The position numbers and the translations under genes are program-made. Shown one piece after another: positions 26,998 to 32,000 of a stretch of DNA of 32,000 nucleotides. Numbering within the stretch: the stretch's first letter is position 1; each line of letters opens with the position of its first letter. Source of the DNA: Candidatus Methanophagaceae archaeon (lineage in GTDB: Archaea; Halobacteriota; Syntropharchaeia; Alkanophagales; Methanospirareceae); contig PQXB01000004.1 of NCBI GenBank assembly GCA_003194425.1, forward strand, positions 12,089 through 44,088, in the 5' to 3' direction. Below the pieces are notes generated by a model. That model saw only the letters and a program-made list of their open reading frames with translations. It searched no databases and was not told the DNA's origin.

Positions 26998-27003
26998 TTT
27001 TTT
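26998..27003 (+). terminator. T6 tract directly after thermosome stop codon
   Basis: taa tttttt aaag. Oligo-T termination is established for archaea. Confidence 0.4.
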
Positions 27004-27028
27004 AAAGTTGGCAGTTCACCAAGCCTCG

Positions 27029-28246
27029 TTAAATATAAGATGAAACCACCACAGCCTCCAAATCCTCAAGAAACTCCTTCACCGTCTCTTCTTTTACGTG
27101 CGGCATTACAACCAGCCGAAGCGCCTTTGGGGCTCTTGTCACCGAGACGCGCCAGCCCCGCTCTACCAACGCACTCGCCACCCGTTCCACTTCAGCAGGC
27201 GTCGGAAAACGGAGCGCCGCCACATTTATCACAGGCTCAACCACCGTAGAAACGCCCAACTCCGCCGCACCCCGCACCAAGAGCCTCGTTAGCCGAACGC
27301 ACTCTCTTACGACCCTGCGGAGACCTTCTCTGCCGAGGTATTTTAGGACTGCGAAGGTCGCGGCTGCCGACGCACCGCTTCTCGTTCCAGTCAGCGAGGA
27401 CTGCGATTTCGTCGTTAAGTAGGGCGTAGGCACCGCCAACTCCTCCAAATACGACTCCTCGCGGAACAAGAGGCAGCCCGCAGGAATCGTGCTCAAGCCC
27501 ATTTTGTGCGGGTCGACCGAGACTGCACCCACACCCTCAACCGAGAAGTCAAACTCATACTTTCGCCTCTCCCCCTCCCCCTCCAAGAACGGAAGCACGA
27601 ACCCCCCGAAAGCAGCGTCGACAAACAAGAAAATCTCCCGCCCCTTCTCCTGTTTCTGCTCCTGCACAAGTTTTGCAAGGTCTTTTATCGGGTCTACCTG
27701 CCCGAACTCGGTCGTTCCCGCGATTCCAACAACGCAGATTGTCTCGTCGTCAATCAATTCTGCGACCGAACTCACCGCGACCCGCAACTCCTCGTCCAGC
27801 CCCGCTTTCCGAACTTCAACGCACAAAAGGTCCGCGATCTTGTCAAACGAAAAATGCGCCGTCTCAGGCACGATTATGTTCATTCCTTTCAGACGCTGCC
27901 CCTCCCGCCTTTTCCTGTTCCTTACTGCGTGAATTACCTGAATATTTGATTCTGTCCCGCCGGTTGAGAGGTAGCCGAACGCGTTCCCGCTGTCCTGCCC
28001 TCGCCCCTGCCCTCGTCCGAGCAGCGATCCAATCATTCGCACCACCTCTTTTTCCATCTCCTTCGTCCCCGGAAACAGTCCAGAATCGCCTAAATTCGAT
28101 TCCAAGAACATTTTATGAGCGTACGCTGCTACCTCGTGCGGGTAAGTGCACATCGAACTCAAGACGCGTTTGTAAGACAAATCCTTCCGCTTCTGCTCCC
28201 GAAGCAGCGACTCTACTTCCCTCCTGCTCAACCCTCGCTCGTCCAT
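27029..28246 (-). CDS. mfnA: L-tyrosine/L-aspartate decarboxylase (methanofuran / CoA biosynthesis), PLP-dependent
   Basis: 405 aa. SSMCTYPHEVA..FLESNLGDSGLFPGTKEME, GGTESN and VSVDPHKMG (PLP lysine) match the MJ0050-type MfnA pattern. Confidence 0.85.
   Translation of the reverse strand: MDERGLSRREVESLLREQKRKDLSYKRVLSSMCTYPHEVAAYAHKMFLESNLGDSGLFPGTKEMEKEVVRMIGSLLGRGQGRGQDSGNAFGYLSTGGTESNIQVIHAVRNRKRREGQRLKGMNIIVPETAHFSFDKIADLLCVEVRKAGLDEELRVAVSSVAELIDDETICVVGIAGTTEFGQVDPIKDLAKLVQEQKQEKGREIFLFVDAAFGGFVLPFLEGEGERRKYEFDFSVEGVGAVSVDPHKMGLSTIPAGCLLFREESYLEELAVPTPYLTTKSQSSLTGTRSGASAAATFAVLKYLGREGLRRVVRECVRLTRLLVRGAAELGVSTVVEPVINVAALRFPTPAEVERVASALVERGWRVSVTRAPKALRLVVMPHVKEETVKEFLEDLEAVVVSSYI
27995..28018. 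repeat. 12-bp tandem repeat x2 encoding GRGQGRGQ in MfnA
   Basis: ctgccctcgccc ctgccctcgtcc. Confidence 0.9.
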
Positions 28247-28302
28247 TTTTATCCAAAATTTATAACCCGCTCCTACTTAATATTATGCGAAAAAAGAAGA
28301 GT

Positions 28303-28338
28303 AAGGAACAGAGGAAGAAGAAGGAACAGAGGAAGAAG
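28303..28338. repeat. Perfect 18-bp tandem duplication AAGGAACAGAGGAAGAAG x2 in the cfbD leader or N-terminal extension
   Basis: Copies at 28303-28320 and 28321-28338. Confidence 0.95.
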
Positions 28339-28350
28339 GAGAAGACAAAG

Positions 28351-29547
28351 ATGAAGATGGCGATGGAAATGATACTGCATCCGAGGCCGAGTGCGATTGT
28401 GGCGGCACTTTACACGCTCCGCGATCTTGACGCGGGGGTTGCGGTTCTGCACGGACCTGCGGGGTGCAGTTTTAAGCACAGCCGACTGCTTGAGGAGGAC
28501 GGAATGCACGTCCTGACGACTGCGATGAACGAGAGTAATTTTGTCTTCGGCGGGCACGACTCGCTCGTTGAGGTCTTGAGAAAGGCGGAAGAGATGTTTC
28601 ACCCGGAATTGATTGGAGTGGTCGGCACCTGCGCTAGTATGATAATTGGTGAAGACCTGCAGCAAGCGGTGGAGGAGAGCGGTGTTGACAGCGGAAGCGG
28701 AGTTGCGGGGACAGGAACAGCGGGCAAGAGGTGTAAAGTGGTAGCGGTGAACGTGCACGCAGGCTACAGGGACAACACAGTGGGCGTTATTTTGACTTTG
28801 GAGGCTGCTTACAAGGCGGGCGTAATTAGTGGCTCGGAGTTTGAGCGGCAGAAAAAGATGCTTGAGGCAGCGACGCGGCTGGAGAAAGAGGTCGGTGCAG
28901 CCTGCAGAAGCTACATTCCGCCGTCTAAAGGCGATTCTAAAATCGCGGTCGCGAGCAGGCTACTTGAACTCGTCGGCGCGGGGAAACGGGGTGTCTGCGT
29001 CTTAAACGCCAAGAAAGAGACCGCTTTTATGTTTGCAGACATTTTGCGGGCGGTGAACAAAGTGGCAGCGTCTACACCTTCGCGGATCGTAAATATCGCA
29101 AACCTCGACAAGAATGTGGGCTTGAAACGAATTCGGGGCTACGCAGCGAGGATTCTGGACGAGTTAGCCGCAGACGGCGTCAAAATCGAGCACACAATCG
29201 GGGGACTGGACGAGTACGTGGTCGCGGGCGAGAGGGCGGCAGCTTTGATTCACGACTCTTACAGGGACTACGACTTCGCAGTCCTGCTTGGCATTCCGCA
29301 CGCAGTGCCTTTGAGTGGGGGAGGAGTAAAAGGTGAAGAAAAGAAAATTGAGATATTTTCGGTGACAAACGGACCGCGAACGATCGACCCGCTGCGGTGG
29401 CTCGGGCACGACCACGCAGTGCTTGAGATTGACCTTCACCCGAAGACGATGGGAGCGACGGGCATTATTCCGTCGGAGTTCGGCGACGCGTTGTTGCGGC
29501 TGGGGCAGTTACAGGGGCTGGAGCAGTTACAGGGGCAGTTGCAGTAG
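28351..29547 (+). CDS. cfbD: Nitrogenase NifD/NifE-like oxidoreductase, probable Ni-sirohydrochlorin a,c-diamide reductive cyclase subunit CfbD (NflD)
   Basis: [27 protein letters not shown] and [17 protein letters not shown] are nitrogenase component-1 family blocks. The methanogen-type context (mfnA adjacent) favours CfbD. Start is ambiguous: ATG at 28351, 28357, 28363 or 28369, or ATG at 28285 giving a K/E/Q-rich extension. The track's 27673 start is rejected. Confidence 0.65.
   Translation: MKMAMEMILHPRPSAIVAALYTLRDLDAGVAVLHGPAGCSFKHSRLLEEDGMHVLTTAMNESNFVFGGHDSLVEVLRKAEEMFHPELIGVVGTCASMIIGEDLQQAVEESGVDSGSGVAGTGTAGKRCKVVAVNVHAGYRDNTVGVILTLEAAYKAGVISGSEFERQKKMLEAATRLEKEVGAACRSYIPPSKGDSKIAVASRLLELVGAGKRGVCVLNAKKETAFMFADILRAVNKVAASTPSRIVNIANLDKNVGLKRIRGYAARILDELAADGVKIEHTIGGLDEYVVAGERAAALIHDSYRDYDFAVLLGIPHAVPLSGGGVKGEEKKIEIFSVTNGPRTIDPLRWLGHDHAVLEIDLHPKTMGATGIIPSEFGDALLRLGQLQGLEQLQGQLQ
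29503..29544. repeat. 18-bp tandem repeat x2.3 (GRGCAGTTACAGGGGCWG) encoding [15 protein letters not shown]-terminus of CfbD-like protein
   Basis: Units at 29503 and 29521, partial at 29539. Confidence 0.9.
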
Positions 29548-29586
29548 GTAGTAGCTGTAGGTAGTGGCTGTAGGTAGTGGTTGAGG
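29548..29586. repeat. 13-bp tandem repeat x3 (GTAGTRGYTGWRG) filling the cfbD-tyrS spacer
   Basis: gtagtagctgtag gtagtggctgtag gtagtggttgagg, starting at the nucleotide after the TAG stop. Confidence 0.95.
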
Positions 29587-29603
29587 AAGGGAGAGGAGAA
29601 AAA

Positions 29604-30767
29604 ATGGACATAGAAACGAAGATTGCGCTTGTAAAGAGGCACCCGACCGCGGAGGTAGTGACCGAGGAGGACTTAAGAAATTTGTTTGAGAACGAGGAGC
29701 ACCCGGTTGCCTACGACGGCTTTGAACCCTCGGGGCTTGCTCATTTGGGGTCAGGGCTTTTAAGAGCGATTAAATTGGACGACCTGATTAAAGCGGGCGT
29801 CAGGTTTAAATTCCTCGTTGCAGACCAATTTGCACTCTTGAACGACAAAATGGGCGGCGACTTGCAGGCGATTCGGGAGGTTGGGAAGTACCTCGTCTCG
29901 GTCTGGGAAGCCTGCGGTGTTGATTTGAGCAAGGTAGAAGTTGTGTGGTCTTCGGAGGTGTTTAAAGACCCGGATTACTGGGAGACGGTCTTGAAGGTCG
30001 TTAGAAATGTCACTGTAAATCGACTGACGAGGGCGGTAACGGTGCTGGGGCGGCGTGAAGGTGAGGTAGCGACCGCGTCCCGACTGTTCTACCCTGCGAT
30101 GCAGTGCGCGGACATTTTTTACCTGAACGTTGACATTTGCCAGTTAGGCTACGACCAGCGGAAAGCGAACATTCTGGCACGCGACATCGGCGAGAAGATT
30201 GGATTCTGGAAGCCCGTCTGCGTGCATCACGAACTCTTAATTGGACTGCAGGGACCCACAAAAATGGGCGGTCTCCCCTTCAACAAGCCCGACAAGCCCG
30301 ACAAGTCGGACAGGTCTGACCTGTCTAACCTGTCTGAGAGGGCGGAGAGGGAAGAGAGGGAAGAGAGGGAAGAGGAGCGGCAGTCGCAGGTTAAAATGTC
30401 AAAGAGTTTTCCCGACACCTGCGTGTTTGTTCACGACGCACCAGAGGAGGTGGAGCGAAAAATTAAGAACGCCTTCTGCCCGCCAAAGCAGACAACAGAA
30501 AACCCGATTTTAGAGATTTTAAAGTTTATTATTTTTAGAAAATCCAGGAAATTCGAGTTAGAGCGACCGCGGAAATTTGGGGGGACTGAAACCTATTTTT
30601 CTTTTGACGAGTTAGAAGCAGCGTACAGGAAGGGGGAAATTCATCCGTTAGATCTGAAACTAAATGTTTCTACTGCTTTGAACGAGATTTTAGAGCCTGT
30701 GAGGGCGTATTTTGAGAGGAGACCCGAGCTTTTAGAGGTCTTTAAAAAACAGGAGGTCACGCGGTGA
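29604..30767 (+). CDS. tyrS: Tyrosyl-tRNA synthetase (archaeal type) with ~40-aa repeat insertion before KMSKS
   Basis: Aligns by eye along its whole length with M. jannaschii TyrRS: GFEPSG.AHLG, LVADQFALLN, YPAMQCADIFYL, QRKANILAR, KMSKS, FGG...ELE, HPLDLK, LEPVR. ATG at 29604 (MDIETK) is preferred, with GGAGAGGAG upstream. Confidence 0.9.
   Translation: MDIETKIALVKRHPTAEVVTEEDLRNLFENEEHPVAYDGFEPSGLAHLGSGLLRAIKLDDLIKAGVRFKFLVADQFALLNDKMGGDLQAIREVGKYLVSVWEACGVDLSKVEVVWSSEVFKDPDYWETVLKVVRNVTVNRLTRAVTVLGRREGEVATASRLFYPAMQCADIFYLNVDICQLGYDQRKANILARDIGEKIGFWKPVCVHHELLIGLQGPTKMGGLPFNKPDKPDKSDRSDLSNLSERAEREEREEREEERQSQVKMSKSFPDTCVFVHDAPEEVERKIKNAFCPPKQTTENPILEILKFIIFRKSRKFELERPRKFGGTETYFSFDELEAAYRKGEIHPLDLKLNVSTALNEILEPVRAYFERRPELLEVFKKQEVTR
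30285..30374. repeat. Ten consecutive in-frame 9-bp units (AAGCCCGAC drifting to AGGGAAGAG), encoding KPD KPD KSD RSD LSN LSE RAE REE REE REE
   Basis: Units indexed at 30285, 30294, 30303, 30312, 30321, 30330, 30339, 30348, 30357 and 30366. Confidence 0.95.
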
Positions 30768-32000
30768 ACGAGCTCTCTGCGGCGTTCTCGCCCACGGACT
30801 ACAGGTACGCGGTGCCCGAGTTGCGGGATTTTTGCACTGAAGCCGCGTTCGTGAAGTACAAGGCGAGAGTGGAAGCTGCGGTTGCGAGGGCGTTCGCGAA
30901 GCGTGGGATTTTGAGGGAGGAGTTGTGCGATGAAATTGTGGAAGCTGCGTCGAAGGTGACGGCAGAGGAGGTGCGTGCAGAGGAGCAGAAGACGAGGCAT
31001 GACATTCGCGCGCTCGTAAACGCGATCAGGAACCGTGTGAGCGACGAGGCGAAACCGTTCGTGCACCTCAGCGCCACCTCTTACGACATCGTGGACACCG
31101 CGAACGCGCTCAGGTACAAGAACGCGGTGCAGAAGGTAATTCTTCCTGAAATGCTTGCGTTGGAGCGGGTGTGGATTGAGCTTGCTCGGCGGGAGAAAGA
31201 GACGCTCCAAATTGGTCGGACGCACGGGCAGCACGCCGAACCGCTTACCTTCGGGTTCGCAATTTCGCAGTACGTGAGCCGGTGGGGTTCGCGGATTTTG
31301 AGGCTGCGAGAGGCGAGCGAGAACCTCGTGGGCAAGTTCTCGGGGGCGGTCGGTGCGTACAACGCGACCTCTCTGCTCTTTGACGGCGACCCTGACGCCC
31401 CAGAGGAATTTGAACGCGAGGTCTTGAGTTTGCTGGGCGTGAAGCCTGCAGCGGTCTCCACGCAGATTGTCCCGCCCGAGCCTCTCTGCGATTTTGTTCA
31501 CGCAGTTGTGAGCAGTTTCTCGGTCTTGGCTAACTTCTGCGACGACATTCGACACCTGCAGCGAACCGAGATTGCAGAGGTGCGGGAGCGTGTGGCAGAG
31601 GGGCAGGTGGGCTCGTCGACGATGCCGCACAAGCGGAACCCTGCGGGTCTTGAGGGCGTTAAGAGCCTCTGGAAGCGGTTTATGCCGCAAGTGGTGACGA
31701 CGCACCTTGACCAGATTTCAGAGCACCAACGCGACCTCACGAACTCGGCGTCGCAGCGCTACACGCAGGAGTTGCTCGTCGTCTTTGCCTACTGCGTCAG
31801 GCGGCTGACTGGTATTTCCAAGCGGCTTGAGGTGGACAGGGCGCGGATGCTTGCGAATTTCCAGATTTCCGCAGGCGACATTGTTGCCGAGCCTCTCTAC
31901 ATTCTTCTCTCCTACTACGGACACCCTGACGCACACGAATTCGTGCGGAGGAAGAGCCTTCAGGCTTACGAGGAGCGGAAATCGTTGCGTGAGGTCGTCG
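30764..32000 (+). CDS. purB: Adenylosuccinate lyase, 3' end beyond right window edge
   Basis: Absent from the track because it runs off the edge. GTG at 30764 overlaps the tyrS stop (GTGA). Translation gives VNELSAAFSPTDYRY..., GRTHGQHAEPLTFG and the fumarate-lyase signature GSSTMPHKRNP (31610 region, confirmed in frame). Confidence 0.85.
   Translation, partial: MNELSAAFSPTDYRYAVPELRDFCTEAAFVKYKARVEAAVARAFAKRGILREELCDEIVEAASKVTAEEVRAEEQKTRHDIRALVNAIRNRVSDEAKPFVHLSATSYDIVDTANALRYKNAVQKVILPEMLALERVWIELARREKETLQIGRTHGQHAEPLTFGFAISQYVSRWGSRILRLREASENLVGKFSGAVGAYNATSLLFDGDPDAPEEFEREVLSLLGVKPAAVSTQIVPPEPLCDFVHAVVSSFSVLANFCDDIRHLQRTEIAEVRERVAEGQVGSSTMPHKRNPAGLEGVKSLWKRFMPQVVTTHLDQISEHQRDLTNSASQRYTQELLVVFAYCVRRLTGISKRLEVDRARMLANFQISAGDIVAEPLYILLSYYGHPDAHEFVRRKSLQAYEERKSLREVV

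Noticed and set aside
27673-28284. 5' part of the 624-aa track ORF 27673-29547
   Set aside because: This part is antisense to mfnA and P/S/R-rich. The nitrogenase-like domain begins only after the ATGs at 28285 and 28351.
30641-31705. 354-aa minus-strand ORF (R/H/L-rich)
   Set aside because: Antisense to purB, whose fumarate-lyase signature GSSTMPHKRNP is in the + frame starting at 30764.

Overview
Archaeal chromosomal segment with about 27 protein genes and one tRNA. All family calls come from reading the sequence and remembered motifs; no database search was run. Most genes are housekeeping: leuS, tyrS, initiator tRNA-Met, thermosome, prefoldin alpha, ftsY, membrane LonB, ilvE, archaeal GHMP-type shikimate kinase, nadA, aspartate kinase, adenine deaminase, purB (3' truncated), EndoQ-like PHP nuclease and a TrmJ-like methyltransferase. 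mfnA (methanofuran) sits next to a nitrogenase-like CfbD/NflD homologue (F430), which suggests a methanogen or a methane/alkane-oxidising archaeon; the species cannot be determined. I saw no CRISPR array, transposase, integrase or recognisable defence gene. Four things stand out. (1) A minus-strand reading frame of at least 400 codons at 1-1202 is absent from the ORF track because it runs off the edge. It encodes an unrecognised Cys-containing tandem-repeat protein directly downstream of a CbbQ/NorQ-type MoxR ATPase. (2) In-frame 6-18 bp tandem-repeat expansions are unusually dense inside conserved enzymes, including a ten-unit 9-bp array in the KMSKS loop region of TyrRS. Tandem duplications also occur at gene starts, leaders and intercistronic spacers, many resembling partial Shine-Dalgarno motifs. 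(3) A tightly overlapping operon links a small exosortase/archaeosortase-like protein, a 4-TM protein with a C2H2-like zinc knuckle, and aroK. (4) There is an A+T-rich ORFan (20265-21533) and a 450-bp A+T-rich spacer (18009-18457). Many long ORFs in the track are antisense or out-of-frame shadows and were rejected.
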